Shown here: one piece after another, positions 19,793-29,895 of the stretch
Layout: every line of letters starts with the position of its first letter
Numbering within the stretch: position 1 is the stretch's first letter
DNA from: an uncultured Barnesiella sp.
GTDB lineage: Bacteria; Bacteroidota; Bacteroidia; Bacteroidales; Barnesiellaceae
Direction of reading: 5' to 3'
NCBI GenBank assembly: GCA_944320995.1
Contig: CALUJQ010000009.1
Location: forward strand, 13,392-77,391
DNA: 64,000 nucleotides
Translations under genes and position numbers: made by a program
Notes under the pieces: model-generated
Told to the model about the DNA's origin: nothing
Databases searched by the model: none
What the model saw: the letters and a program-made list of their open reading frames with translations, nothing else

Positions 19793-20473
19793 ATGACAAA
19801 AATGGATAAAACCGTGGTTGTGGAATCGACCGACGACGGTGTGCCGACCCTCTACCTACCGGAGATGGACGAACACTACCACTCGACCAAAGGAGCGTTG
19901 GCCGAGGCTCGCCACGTCTATATAGAAATGGCATTGCGGGCCTCGGGGAAAACGACGGTCAACCTCTTGGAGGTAGGATTCGGGACCGGACTGAATGCTT
20001 TCCTGTCGCTGCTCGAATCGCAACAATCCCACCGGACAATAGCGTACACGACATTCGAGCTATACCCCCTCTCCCCGGAAGTGACAGGGAAACTGAATTA
20101 TCCGGTCCTCATCGCTCCGGAATGCAGCGAACTGTTTTACCGTTTGCATGACTGCGCATGGAACCGCCCGGTGGCGATAACCCCACGGTTCACCCTGCAC
20201 AAACGACTCGAAGATCTCACCCGCACGACCATAGAAGGAGTGTACGACGTAGTCTATTTCGATGCTTTCGCTCCCGAAAAACAGCCCGAAATGTGGGACG
20301 AACCCATCTTTCGGGAAATTTACGACCACCTCAGCCCCGGGGGTATCCTCACCACCTATTGCGCCAAAGGCGAGATACGGCGGCGGCTGAAATCGGTAGG
20401 GTTCTGCGTGGAACGCCTCCCCGGGCCACCCCACGGGAAACGGGAAATCCTGCGGGCCTCGAAAATCGATTGA
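19793..20473 (+). CDS. mnmD: tRNA mnm5s2U34 methyltransferase (stand-alone MnmD)
   Basis: EHYHSTKGA..EARHVYI, LEVGFGTGLN, YFDAFAPEKQPEMW, VERLPGPP.KRE; -7 box at 19772-19779. Confidence 0.9.
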   Translation: MTKMDKTVVVESTDDGVPTLYLPEMDEHYHSTKGALAEARHVYIEMALRASGKTTVNLLEVGFGTGLNAFLSLLESQQSHRTIAYTTFELYPLSPEVTGKLNYPVLIAPECSELFYRLHDCAWNRPVAITPRFTLHKRLEDLTRTTIEGVYDVVYFDAFAPEKQPEMWDEPIFREIYDHLSPGGILTTYCAKGEIRRRLKSVGFCVERLPGPPHGKREILRASKID

Positions 20474-20477
20474 ACGC

Positions 20478-21083
20478 CTACTCCCCGGCGGGGTCGCCAC
20501 AATCGCCCCGACACACGAGAATATAATACGACTCCTCGCTCTCACCGAACGATTTTACCGTCAATCCCGCCCGGACAAACTGCCCAACCTGCTCGGCCAC
20601 CGGAGGCAACGGTCTCGAAAAAACCCGGTTCGACAAACGGCGGTGTATCGCATTCAAGTGTGACCGCCCTTGTGCATGGGCAATCAACAACCGGCCTCCG
20701 CAATAAAGATTGTCGGTGACCAACTTGAAAATCGTCTCGACCGGATAACGGAAATGGGGGAAAACCGAATAGAGCAAAATGGCGTCGAAACGACCGGCCA
20801 ACCGCTCCCGCTCCACATCGGCTTTCAGAAAATGAACCCCTGCACCCGAATGACGCAGAGAGGCCACCCGCAGCATCTCTTCGGAACGATCTACCGCGAC
20901 AACAGGCACATAGGCCCCTACCCGCTCCCGGATAAACGGTATCATCACCCCGGTGCCCGTACCTACATCGAGGACCGTCTCTCCCGGTTTCAACTGTAAA
21001 ACCGCCAGCAACGCCGCCACTTTCGCCGCATCGCACCGACTCGTCTTATCCCACACACCGGCCACCTCGTCAAAAAAATTCAT
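20478..21083 (-). CDS. Class I SAM-dependent methyltransferase, translationally coupled to hypB
   Basis: VLDVGTGTG motif; its ATG overlaps the hypB stop (ATGA). Confidence 0.9.
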   Translation of the reverse strand: MNFFDEVAGVWDKTSRCDAAKVAALLAVLQLKPGETVLDVGTGTGVMIPFIRERVGAYVPVVAVDRSEEMLRVASLRHSGAGVHFLKADVERERLAGRFDAILLYSVFPHFRYPVETIFKLVTDNLYCGGRLLIAHAQGRSHLNAIHRRLSNRVFSRPLPPVAEQVGQFVRAGLTVKSFGESEESYYILVCRGDCGDPAGE

Positions 21084-21817
21084 CGTACCTCCTCGCCCCC
21101 AAAAAAGGACAATAAATAACCACACCATGCGTCTATCCCGGTACCTCGGGTCGAAGAGGTCTCGAAAAACCGCAGATGCCGGTTGACTTTCAAGGCATTC
21201 CCTTTCAACCGGGCAAGGTCGCTATCGACATAAGGGAGCAAATCGACCTTATTAATCACGCAAACATCGGCCCCGGCAAACATGTAGGGATACTTCAACG
21301 GTTTGTCGTCGCCCTCGGTCACACTCAACAGGACAACCCGCAGGCTCTCGCCCAAATCGAACATCGCGGGACAGACCAGATTACCCACATTCTCGATAAA
21401 CAACAGGCTATCTTTTACCTGCAACTCATCGAAAGCCGACGCCACCATGCGGGCATCGAGATGACAGCCGTTGTGCGTATTGATCTGCACGGCCGGGACT
21501 CCCGAGCGGCGAATGCGCGCAGCATCGTTCTCGGTTTGCTGGTCGCCCTCGATCACGGCAACGTGACGAAAGCCCATTTCGCCGAGCCGTCCGATCGTTC
21601 GCTCGAGCAGCGTGGTCTTACCCGAACCCGGCGAGCTAACCATATTGATGGCCACACACCCGGCCGCACCCCATCGGGTGCGATTTTGCCGGGCCACCCG
21701 GTTGTTCTCACTCAAAATATCCTGCTCTACGGTTATCTCATGCCCGTGGGCTATCCCCCGGCGGTGCATCTCTTCGTGGCTCATTTCATGGCTGCCACAA
21801 CCACATGTCGTACACAT
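21080..21817 (-). CDS. hypB: Hydrogenase nickel-incorporation GTPase
   Basis: MCTTCGC, His-rich stretch, SSPGSGKTT, EGDQ, GCHLDA, ENVGNLVCP, EGDDKPLKYP, INKVD. Confidence 0.96.
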   Translation of the reverse strand: MCTTCGCGSHEMSHEEMHRRGIAHGHEITVEQDILSENNRVARQNRTRWGAAGCVAINMVSSPGSGKTTLLERTIGRLGEMGFRHVAVIEGDQQTENDAARIRRSGVPAVQINTHNGCHLDARMVASAFDELQVKDSLLFIENVGNLVCPAMFDLGESLRVVLLSVTEGDDKPLKYPYMFAGADVCVINKVDLLPYVDSDLARLKGNALKVNRHLRFFETSSTRGTGIDAWCGYLLSFFGGEEVR

Positions 21818-21836
21818 TTTCTTTTTATTTTTAGGA

Positions 21837-22190
21837 TTATTCTTTCCCCTCCTCGACAATCAGCGACGAGAGGCGGAACTCTTGCCCCGATACCAACCGC
21901 GCGGCATAACTCCCGCACCGGGGACATGGCGTATATAACGATGCCGGCCTGAACGTCTCGCCGCAATCGTCACAACGGGCTGCCGGGTCCACCCGGTGGA
22001 TCTCGACCCGGACCCCGGCAAAAGGAGTCCTCTCCAACACCATTCGCAACGAATACGAAAAAGCGTCGTCGTCAATTCCCGACAAGCCGCCGACCGTCAT
22101 CTCGATGGCACACAGCCGGCCGCAGCCATGCCGCCGCATCTCCCGCTCGACCAACTCCACCACACTGCAAGCCAATGACAACTCGTGCAT
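21837..22190 (-). CDS. hypA: Hydrogenase nickel metallochaperone
   Basis: MHELS start; CDDC and CPRC zinc pairs. Confidence 0.96.
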   Translation of the reverse strand: MHELSLACSVVELVEREMRRHGCGRLCAIEMTVGGLSGIDDDAFSYSLRMVLERTPFAGVRVEIHRVDPAARCDDCGETFRPASLYTPCPRCGSYAARLVSGQEFRLSSLIVEEGKE

Positions 22191-22199
22191 CTCGACCCC

Positions 22200-24470
22200 C
22201 TATCTACACCCATTTATCCATGCCGACGCGACCGCCATCTGTCCCACGGCGATGGCGGCATCGTTGCAAGGGACAAGTGCCGGCAAATAGGGCTGCAAGC
22301 CCTGTTGCCTCAACATGGGCATGAGCATATCGACCAACAGCTTATTTTGCAACACGCCCCCGCACAAAACCACCCGGGAGAGCTTCTGCTCGGCAGCCTG
22401 CCTTGCCAACTCGGTACACCACATGGCGGCATAGGTGCGATGAAACGCCGCAGCAATTTCGGCCCGGGAAACCCCGTCGCGCAAATCGTTCAACACGGCA
22501 ATGACCAACCACGAATAATCGAGCGGATTGTCGAGGTCGTACGGATAGATTGTCGAGGTCGTACGGTCGGCAATCTGCTCCAACTTTTGGGGCGCTTCGG
22601 ATTGATACCGGTTGAAATCGGCCACCCCCAACAACGAGGCTACCGCATCGAAAAGCCGTCCGGCACCCGAACTCAACGGCGTATTGATGCGCCGGGCTAT
22701 CATGCGACATATCAACCGGATACGGTCATGCCCCACCCGTTCCACAAAATCGGGAGGCAAAGGCATCTGCTCGCCAAACAACGAATACAAAAGCGATATG
22801 GCCATGCGCCAAGGCTCCCGGGCTGCAATATCGCCTCCCGGCATGGGCAGATACGGGTGGTGCGACAAACGGCGATATTCGGAGCGGGAACAGCGAAGCA
22901 ACTCTCCGCCCCAAACCGTGCAGTCATCGCCATACCCGGTCCCGTCGAGACACAGCGCCAGCACTTCGCCCGTGAGTCCATATTCGGCCATGACCGCTAC
23001 GGCATGGGCGTGATGATGCTGCACCCGATAGACAGGGATATGCCGCTCTGCCGCATACCGTTCGCCCCAAACCGTAGCGGAATAATCGGGGTGCAGGTCG
23101 CAAACCACACAGCCGGCATCGAACCGGAACATGCGCGAAAAATGCGATACCGACTCCTCGAAAAACTTCAAGTTCTCCCGATGAGACAACTCCCCGATAT
23201 ACTGTCCCAACAAAATATCTTTCCTCTTCCCTATCGCAAAACTCGATACCTGCTCGGCCCCGACAGCCAATATCCCCTCGGTCGGCTGTAAATTGTGCAG
23301 CGGTTCGGGCGTATATCCACGGGCTCTCCGTACGGGACGGCACAAACCGTCATACTCGCAAACCACCGAATCATCGACCCGGTTGTATATCTCCCGGTTA
23401 TACGAAACGACCAGATCGACCTGCGCATCGAACAACTCGTGAGCCTCGCCATCGGCAATGACAATGGGGCGTCCGCCCCGGTTTCCGCTGGTTGCCACAA
23501 TACGCCTCAACCCCGGAGCGGCGGCAAACAAGTCGTAATGAATCGCCATATAGGGCAAAAGAACCCCCAACGACTTATATCCGTCGTTCAACCACGGAGT
23601 CCGCCCCCGCTTCTCCCGCAACAGGACAATGGGCCGCCGCCACGAAGTCAACGCCGCACGCTCCTCGTCCGAAAGCATCAAATCGTCGCCGACCGCCTGC
23701 TCGTCGCGATACATCACGGCCAAAGGTTTGGCATCACGCTCCTTCAACCGGCGCACCTTGCCTACCGCCGCTTCGCAATCGGCATCGCACAACAGATTGT
23801 ACCCGCCCAAACTCTTCAACGCAACGATACCACCTTGCGACAAAACCTCGGCAACCCGGGCAACGATACGCTCATAGGAACGCTCCTCCACCCCCTCGGC
23901 ATCGCGCATCGTATAGCATGGCCCGCAATCGTTGCAGGCAATGGGCTGGGCATGAAAACGCCGGTCCTGCACATCGGTGTACTCCTCCCGGCATTTATTG
24001 CACATCTCGAACGAGCCCATCGTAGTCACAGCCCGGTCATAAGGCAACTCCTTGATAATGGAAAAACGCGGCCCGCAATGGGTGCAGTTGATAAAAGGAT
24101 AATTCTTGCGATGGGCTTGACGCTTACGATCCTGCAAACACTCGGGACAAACGGCTATATCGGGACTTATGCGGGTAATATCGCCGCCGGCACTGCGACT
24201 GGGAGCAATCTCGAAGCGGGTGTATCTGTGCCCGTCGTCACACCGGGTCACCGCTATCCGTTCGACCGAAGCTACCGCCGGAGCCGACTCGGACAGGGCT
24301 TTCAAAAAACGCTCCTTTTGCCGGCCGGTGGCCTGCAATACCACCAACACCCCTTCATTGCTATTATCTACATATCCGCACAACCCCATGCCGGTCGCCA
24401 ACCGATAGACATAGGGACGAAAACCCACTCCTTGCACTAAACCGCCGATATGTATGTGATATTGATTCAT
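22200..24470 (-). CDS. hypF: Carbamoyltransferase
   Basis: GLVQGVGFRP, zinc fingers CPEC/CTHCGPR/CNKC/CNDCGP, HHHAH, DGTGYG, SSGAGRLFD, CNDAAIAVGQ. Confidence 0.97.
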   Translation of the reverse strand: MNQYHIHIGGLVQGVGFRPYVYRLATGMGLCGYVDNSNEGVLVVLQATGRQKERFLKALSESAPAVASVERIAVTRCDDGHRYTRFEIAPSRSAGGDITRISPDIAVCPECLQDRKRQAHRKNYPFINCTHCGPRFSIIKELPYDRAVTTMGSFEMCNKCREEYTDVQDRRFHAQPIACNDCGPCYTMRDAEGVEERSYERIVARVAEVLSQGGIVALKSLGGYNLLCDADCEAAVGKVRRLKERDAKPLAVMYRDEQAVGDDLMLSDEERAALTSWRRPIVLLREKRGRTPWLNDGYKSLGVLLPYMAIHYDLFAAAPGLRRIVATSGNRGGRPIVIADGEAHELFDAQVDLVVSYNREIYNRVDDSVVCEYDGLCRPVRRARGYTPEPLHNLQPTEGILAVGAEQVSSFAIGKRKDILLGQYIGELSHRENLKFFEESVSHFSRMFRFDAGCVVCDLHPDYSATVWGERYAAERHIPVYRVQHHHAHAVAVMAEYGLTGEVLALCLDGTGYGDDCTVWGGELLRCSRSEYRRLSHHPYLPMPGGDIAAREPWRMAISLLYSLFGEQMPLPPDFVERVGHDRIRLICRMIARRINTPLSSGAGRLFDAVASLLGVADFNRYQSEAPQKLEQIADRTTSTIYPYDLDNPLDYSWLVIAVLNDLRDGVSRAEIAAAFHRTYAAMWCTELARQAAEQKLSRVVLCGGVLQNKLLVDMLMPMLRQQGLQPYLPALVPCNDAAIAVGQMAVASAWINGCR

Positions 24471-24550
24471 CGATAAAAGTTTTTCAGATATGACGATTAA
24501 ACAATCTCCCCCAAAAAGTTGTTCACTACTTGTATTTAAACTCGTAAATC

Positions 24551-24799
24551 ATGTGCTTGGCCATTCCCGGAAAAATAATCGAAATCGACCGCTCGTCCTC
24601 CCTGTGCATGGCGACCGTCGATTTCGGAGGCGTATATAAACCCATTTGTATCCAGTATATCGAAGCCGACGCCGGCGATTATATTTTGGCCCATGCCGGC
24701 ATGGCCATAACCCGCCTCGATCCCCAAGAGGCCGAAGCGACATTGGAAGATTTCAAAATGCTCGCCGAACAACTTAATCCCAACGGTCATGTGGTATGA
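24551..24799 (+). CDS. hypC: Hydrogenase assembly chaperone
   Basis: MCLAIPG start; YILAHAGMAI. Confidence 0.96.
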   Translation: MCLAIPGKIIEIDRSSSLCMATVDFGGVYKPICIQYIEADAGDYILAHAGMAITRLDPQEAEATLEDFKMLAEQLNPNGHVV

Positions 24800-25877
24800 A
24801 CAGCCATTCCGAAAAAACGAGAACCTCACGACTCTGCTTCGTGCCATTCGGGAACTCGCTACTTTTCCCATCCGCATCATGGAGGTGTGCGGCGGACAGA
24901 CCTATGCCCTGTCGCGTTATCGCATCGAAGAGTTGCTCCCCGATACCATAGAGATGATTCACGGCCCGGGGTGTCCCGTGTGCGTCACCCCCGAAGAGAC
25001 TGTCGCCCGGGCAATCGAGATAGCCCGATTCCCCGGCACGGTACTCTGTACCTTCGGCGACATGATACGGGTTCCCTCGGACGAGGGGTGCAGCCTGCAA
25101 CAACTCAAAGCCGAAGGGAAGGATATACGCATACTCTATTCGCCTCTCGACTCTCTGAAAATAGCCCGGGAAAATCCCGGTAAAGAGGTTGTTTTCTTCG
25201 CCATAGGATTCGAAACCACTACACCGGTATATGCCTTGTTGCTACATGAAATCATCGACAAAAAAATAGACAACCTCACTCTGCTGACCTCGCTGTTTAC
25301 CATACCGGCTGCCGTCTCGTTTCTCGCGCAAGATCCCGAATGCCTCATAAACGGATTGCTTGCCGCCGGACATGTCTGCTCGATTACCGGGACGGAGACG
25401 TATGAACGATTGGCCCGGGAGTTGGAGATGCCTATCGCCATCACCGGATTCGAACCGGCCGACCTGTTATACGGCATCTACCGAGTCGTCCAATTGAAAA
25501 CACAAGGGAGAAACCTCACGGTAAATGCCTATCGAAGAGCCGTACCGGCACAAGGAAACCCCATCGCCCGATTGCAGACGGCCCGATATTTCACGCCCTA
25601 CGACGCCTGCTGGCGAGGCTTGGGCACGATTCCTGCCAGCGGATTGAAACTGCGCCCGCCGTATGAACAATATGACGCCCGAAATCGTTTTTGCAGTGAA
25701 GTAAAACCAGACATTCGACCCTCGGTATGCCGTGCCGGAGAAATCATGAAAGGGAAAATATCGCCCCTGAGATGCCCGCTATTTGGCAACCGTTGTACAC
25801 CCGACACCCCGTTAGGAGCATCTATGGTATCTTCCGAAGGGACCTGCGCTGCCTTTTACCGTTATAAAACGAACTAA
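24789..25877 (+). CDS. hypD: Hydrogenase formation protein
   Basis: MEVCGGQT, GPGCPVCV, GFETT, AGHV, MVSSEGTCAA. Confidence 0.96.
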   Translation: MWYEQPFRKNENLTTLLRAIRELATFPIRIMEVCGGQTYALSRYRIEELLPDTIEMIHGPGCPVCVTPEETVARAIEIARFPGTVLCTFGDMIRVPSDEGCSLQQLKAEGKDIRILYSPLDSLKIARENPGKEVVFFAIGFETTTPVYALLLHEIIDKKIDNLTLLTSLFTIPAAVSFLAQDPECLINGLLAAGHVCSITGTETYERLARELEMPIAITGFEPADLLYGIYRVVQLKTQGRNLTVNAYRRAVPAQGNPIARLQTARYFTPYDACWRGLGTIPASGLKLRPPYEQYDARNRFCSEVKPDIRPSVCRAGEIMKGKISPLRCPLFGNRCTPDTPLGASMVSSEGTCAAFYRYKTN

Positions 25878-25891
25878 AAAAACACCGGAAT

Positions 25892-26932
25892 ATGGAGTTA
25901 CCCAATTGTCCCATACCGACACAAAAATACGACCGCATAACGATGGCGCACGGCGGAGGCGGAAAAATGACCACCCGGCTAATCGAGAAAATATTCTATC
26001 CGGCCTTCTCCAACCGATGGCTCGAACAAGCCCACGACGGGGCCACACTGAACCTCCCCTCCTCACGAATCGCCTTTACGACCGACTCGTTTGTCGTGAA
26101 TCCCCTGTTTTTCCCCGGTGGGAACATTGGCGATTTGGCCGTAAACGGTACGGTCAACGACCTCTTGTGCTGCGGAGCTACACCGCTCTACCTCTCGGCC
26201 GGGTTCATCTTGGAAGAGGGACTGCCCATCGACACGCTCAAAAAAGTGGTACACTCCATGCAAACGGCGGCCGCCAAAGCCGGAGTATCCATTGTCACGG
26301 GCGACACCAAAGTGGTCGAGTTCGGGAAATGCGACAAGCTGTTTATCAACACGGCGGGAATCGGCATCATTCCCGAGAATATCGACATAGGGCTGCACCG
26401 TGTCGTAAAAGGCGATGCCGTCATCGTAACCGGCCCGATAGGCAACCATGGCGTTTCGATTCTCTCTACCCGCGAAAGTCTGGGTTTCGAAAGCTCCATT
26501 CAAAGCGACACGGCGGCCCTCACCCAAATTGTTGCGAAACTACTCTCCGGGATTCCCGACATTCACATCTTGCGCGATCCCACCCGGGGAGGGTTATCGA
26601 GTACCTTGAACGAAATCGCCACGGGAGCCCATGTGACTATCGTTATCGACGAAGCGGCATTGCCTATCGACCCACCGGTGAAAGCGGCCTGCGACCTGCT
26701 CGGATTGGACCCGCTATATGTGGCCAACGAAGGGCTCATGCTCATATTCCTCCCCAACGAATATGCCGAACAGGCCCTACGCATCATTCGCGGCGAACCT
26801 CACGGTGAAAATGCCCGGATAATAGGCCGCGTGACCGACGACAAACGAGCCGAGGTCATTCTGGAACTTGCTTTGGGACAAACACGCGTTATCGATATGT
26901 TGAGCGGAGAACAACTGCCGCGCATTTGTTGA
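25892..26932 (+). CDS. hypE: Carbamoyl dehydratase
   Basis: MAHGGGG, GDTKVV, RDPTRGG, VANEG; C-terminal GEQLPRIC. Confidence 0.97.
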   Translation: MELPNCPIPTQKYDRITMAHGGGGKMTTRLIEKIFYPAFSNRWLEQAHDGATLNLPSSRIAFTTDSFVVNPLFFPGGNIGDLAVNGTVNDLLCCGATPLYLSAGFILEEGLPIDTLKKVVHSMQTAAAKAGVSIVTGDTKVVEFGKCDKLFINTAGIGIIPENIDIGLHRVVKGDAVIVTGPIGNHGVSILSTRESLGFESSIQSDTAALTQIVAKLLSGIPDIHILRDPTRGGLSSTLNEIATGAHVTIVIDEAALPIDPPVKAACDLLGLDPLYVANEGLMLIFLPNEYAEQALRIIRGEPHGENARIIGRVTDDKRAEVILELALGQTRVIDMLSGEQLPRIC

Positions 26933-26951
26933 AACTACAAATCGAAAAACA

Positions 26952-28154
26952 ATGGAAAAAGAACAATCTTTCTATCAAGAACTGAAAGCGAAAGGTTATA
27001 CCCGTCGCCAGTTTCTCAAATTTTGCGGTATCATGGGGGCCATGCTGGGCTTGCAACAAACCGGTCTGGCCCAAGTGGTCAATGCCCTCCAAAGCAAACC
27101 TCGCAAACCGGTCCTCTGGTTTCACTTCCAAGAATGCACCTGTTGCAGCGAATCGTTCCTGCGATCGTCGCACCCGCTCGTCGGACAAATCCTGCTCGAA
27201 ATGATTTCGCTCGACTACTCCGACACGCTCATGGCCGCCAGCGGTTTTCAGGCCGAAGAGGTACGCTACCGCTCCATGAAAGAAAATTGGGGCAAATACA
27301 TCATGGTCGTCGAAGGCTCCGTGCCATTGGGAAATCCCGGATACTGCACCATCGCCGGGCACTCGGCCAAACAGATATTCGACGAAGCCGCCCAAGGGGC
27401 AAGCGCCATCATCGCATGGGGAAACTGTGCCTCATCGGGGTGCGTACAAAGCGCATATCCCAACCCTACCGATACGAAACCCGTGCATAAAATTATTTCG
27501 GGGAAACCTGTTATCAACGTGCAGGGATGCCCGCCCATTGCCGATGTCATGGCGGGAGTCATCACCTATATCCTCACCTTCGACCGGTTGCCCGAACTCG
27601 ATGCCATGGGACGCCCCGTCGCATTTTACGGTCGCCGCATACACGACACCTGCTACCGCCGCCCGGCCTACGATGCCGGACTGTTTGTCGAAGCCTTCGA
27701 CGACGAAAACGCCAAGAAGGGATATTGCCTGTACAAAATGGGTTGCAAGGGCCCCAACACGTTCAACTCCTGCGCCGTTATGAAGTGGAACGAAGGTGTG
27801 AGCTATCCCATACAATCGGGGCACGGCTGTATAGGTTGTGCCGAACCGGGATTCTGGGACGCCGAGCCACTGTATCATCACCTTCCCCACGTGAGAGGAT
27901 TCGGCATCGAGGCCACAGCCGACCAAATAGGATTGGGATTGACAGCCGTTGCCGCAACCGGAGTTGCCGCCCACGCCGTCGTAACCAACATTCAAAAGCG
28001 AAAACTTATCAAAAACCAAATGGATGGCGACGAACTCAATCAAGAGTCTTTTGCCGCAGAAGAGCAACATATCGAACAGGAAGAAAAAGCTCTCGCCCAA
28101 AAGGCCCGTGAACTGGAAAACGAAAAAAGAACCGATAAAACCATTGAATCATGA
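26952..28154 (+). CDS. hyaA: [NiFe]-hydrogenase small subunit (group 1d-like, Tat-exported, C-terminal membrane anchor)
   Basis: Tat signal TRRQFLK; ECTCCSES; WGNCASSGCVQ; GCPP; HDTCYRR; CLYKMGCKGP; YPIQSGHGCIGC; hydrophobic C-terminal helix. Confidence 0.95.
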   Translation: MEKEQSFYQELKAKGYTRRQFLKFCGIMGAMLGLQQTGLAQVVNALQSKPRKPVLWFHFQECTCCSESFLRSSHPLVGQILLEMISLDYSDTLMAASGFQAEEVRYRSMKENWGKYIMVVEGSVPLGNPGYCTIAGHSAKQIFDEAAQGASAIIAWGNCASSGCVQSAYPNPTDTKPVHKIISGKPVINVQGCPPIADVMAGVITYILTFDRLPELDAMGRPVAFYGRRIHDTCYRRPAYDAGLFVEAFDDENAKKGYCLYKMGCKGPNTFNSCAVMKWNEGVSYPIQSGHGCIGCAEPGFWDAEPLYHHLPHVRGFGIEATADQIGLGLTAVAATGVAAHAVVTNIQKRKLIKNQMDGDELNQESFAAEEQHIEQEEKALAQKARELENEKRTDKTIES

Positions 28155-29869
28155 GCAAGCGAATTGTTGTTGACCCTATTACGAGAATCGAAGGACACCT
28201 GCGTATGGAGGCCGATATAGAGAATGGCGTTATTACCGATGCGTTCAGTACCGGGACCATGATACGCGGAATCGAAATCATTGTCAAAGACCGCGATCCC
28301 CGGGACGTTTGGGCTTATGTGGGAAGGGTATGCGGAGTCTGCACCTCCATACATTCGCTCTGTTCGGTCCGGGCTGTCGAGGATGCGTTCGGCATCGTCA
28401 TTCCTCCCAATGCCGAACAGGTGAGAAACCTCATGCAATCGGCCGTCACCATACAAGACCATGTGACCCATTTCTACCAATTGCAAGCGCTCGACTGGGT
28501 CGATGTCATGTCGGCATTGAAAGCCGACCCCCGAAAAGCGGCCGAAGTAGCTCAAAGCATATCGGAATGGCCCAAAAATTCGATCGGATACTTCGCCGAG
28601 ACACAGAAAAAAGTACGACAATTTATCGAAACCAGCAAATTCAGCATCTTCTCGAACGGATATTGGGGACACCCGGCTTACAAACTTCCGCCGGAAGTCA
28701 ACCTCGTAGCCTTGGCCCACTATCTCGAAGCGCTCGAAGTACAAAAAGAGATTGTCAAGGTGCAAACCATTTTCGGCGGGAAAAACCCCCACCCCAATTT
28801 TCTGGTAGGCGGCATGGCTTGCGCCGTCAACATCAACGACCCGAATGCCCTCAATAACGAAAGGCTCAACTTCGTCGCCCAAATCATCGAACGCACACAA
28901 ACTTTCGTCCGCCAAGTCTATCTCCCCGACGTGCTGGCCATACTCTCCTATTACCCCGACTGGACAAAAATAGGCGGAGGATTACGCAATTACATCGCCT
29001 ATGGCGATTATCCCATGGGCAGCTATGGAGAGCTATCGACCTACAAAAGCCCGCGAGGCATCGTGGTCGATAGAGACCTGTCGAAAGTCGTCGAGTTCGA
29101 CCCTTGGGCGATGGACGGATTGCAGGAATTTGTCAACAACTCGTGGTACTCCTATTCGCAAGGGAAAGACGCCGGCCTGCACCCATCGGTCGGAGAGACC
29201 CGGCTGGACTACACGGGCGCAACACCTCCCTACGAATATCTCGACCGCGACCAGCCTTACAGTTGGATCAAGACTCCCCGTTACAAAGGCATGCCCATGG
29301 AAACCGGGCCGTTGGCCCGCAACATCGTAGCTCATGCCTCGGGCGACGAAACTTATCGAGAAATCACACAACGATGCCTCAAACAGTTGAACGTCCCTTA
29401 CGAAGCCATGTACTCTACCGCCGGACGCACATTGGCCCGGGCTATCGAGGCAAACTTGCTGGCCGACTGGCAAACCGACTTTTACACCACGCTGTTGCAA
29501 AATATAAAAAACGGCGATTACCGCATGTTCAACGGGACAAAATGGGAACCCTCCACTTGGCCCCAAACGGCCCGTGGCGTAGGGCTCACCGAAGCTCCGC
29601 GGGGGGCATTGGCCCACTATGTCAACATCGAGGGCAAAAAAGTATCGAATTACCAAATGGTCGTCCCCACCACATGGAACGCCTCGCCCCGCGACACCCG
29701 GGGACAGCACTCGGCTTTCGAAGCCTCCCTCATCGGGACTCCGGTCATCGACCCTCAAATACCACTCGAAATCATTCGCACAATACACTCTTTCGACCCC
29801 TGTATGGCTTGTGCCGTACACTTGTATGACGAGAACGGCGAACATATCCATCGCTGTGAGATGTTCTAA
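28151..29869 (+). CDS. hyaB: [NiFe]-hydrogenase large subunit
   Basis: DPITRIEGH, L1 RVCGVC, GGKNPHPN, EAPRGAL, L2 DPCMACAVH plus a 15-aa cleavable tail. Confidence 0.97.
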   Translation: MSKRIVVDPITRIEGHLRMEADIENGVITDAFSTGTMIRGIEIIVKDRDPRDVWAYVGRVCGVCTSIHSLCSVRAVEDAFGIVIPPNAEQVRNLMQSAVTIQDHVTHFYQLQALDWVDVMSALKADPRKAAEVAQSISEWPKNSIGYFAETQKKVRQFIETSKFSIFSNGYWGHPAYKLPPEVNLVALAHYLEALEVQKEIVKVQTIFGGKNPHPNFLVGGMACAVNINDPNALNNERLNFVAQIIERTQTFVRQVYLPDVLAILSYYPDWTKIGGGLRNYIAYGDYPMGSYGELSTYKSPRGIVVDRDLSKVVEFDPWAMDGLQEFVNNSWYSYSQGKDAGLHPSVGETRLDYTGATPPYEYLDRDQPYSWIKTPRYKGMPMETGPLARNIVAHASGDETYREITQRCLKQLNVPYEAMYSTAGRTLARAIEANLLADWQTDFYTTLLQNIKNGDYRMFNGTKWEPSTWPQTARGVGLTEAPRGALAHYVNIEGKKVSNYQMVVPTTWNASPRDTRGQHSAFEASLIGTPVIDPQIPLEIIRTIHSFDPCMACAVHLYDENGEHIHRCEMF

Positions 29870-29895
29870 AAAACAAATCCTAAAAATTACTCGAC

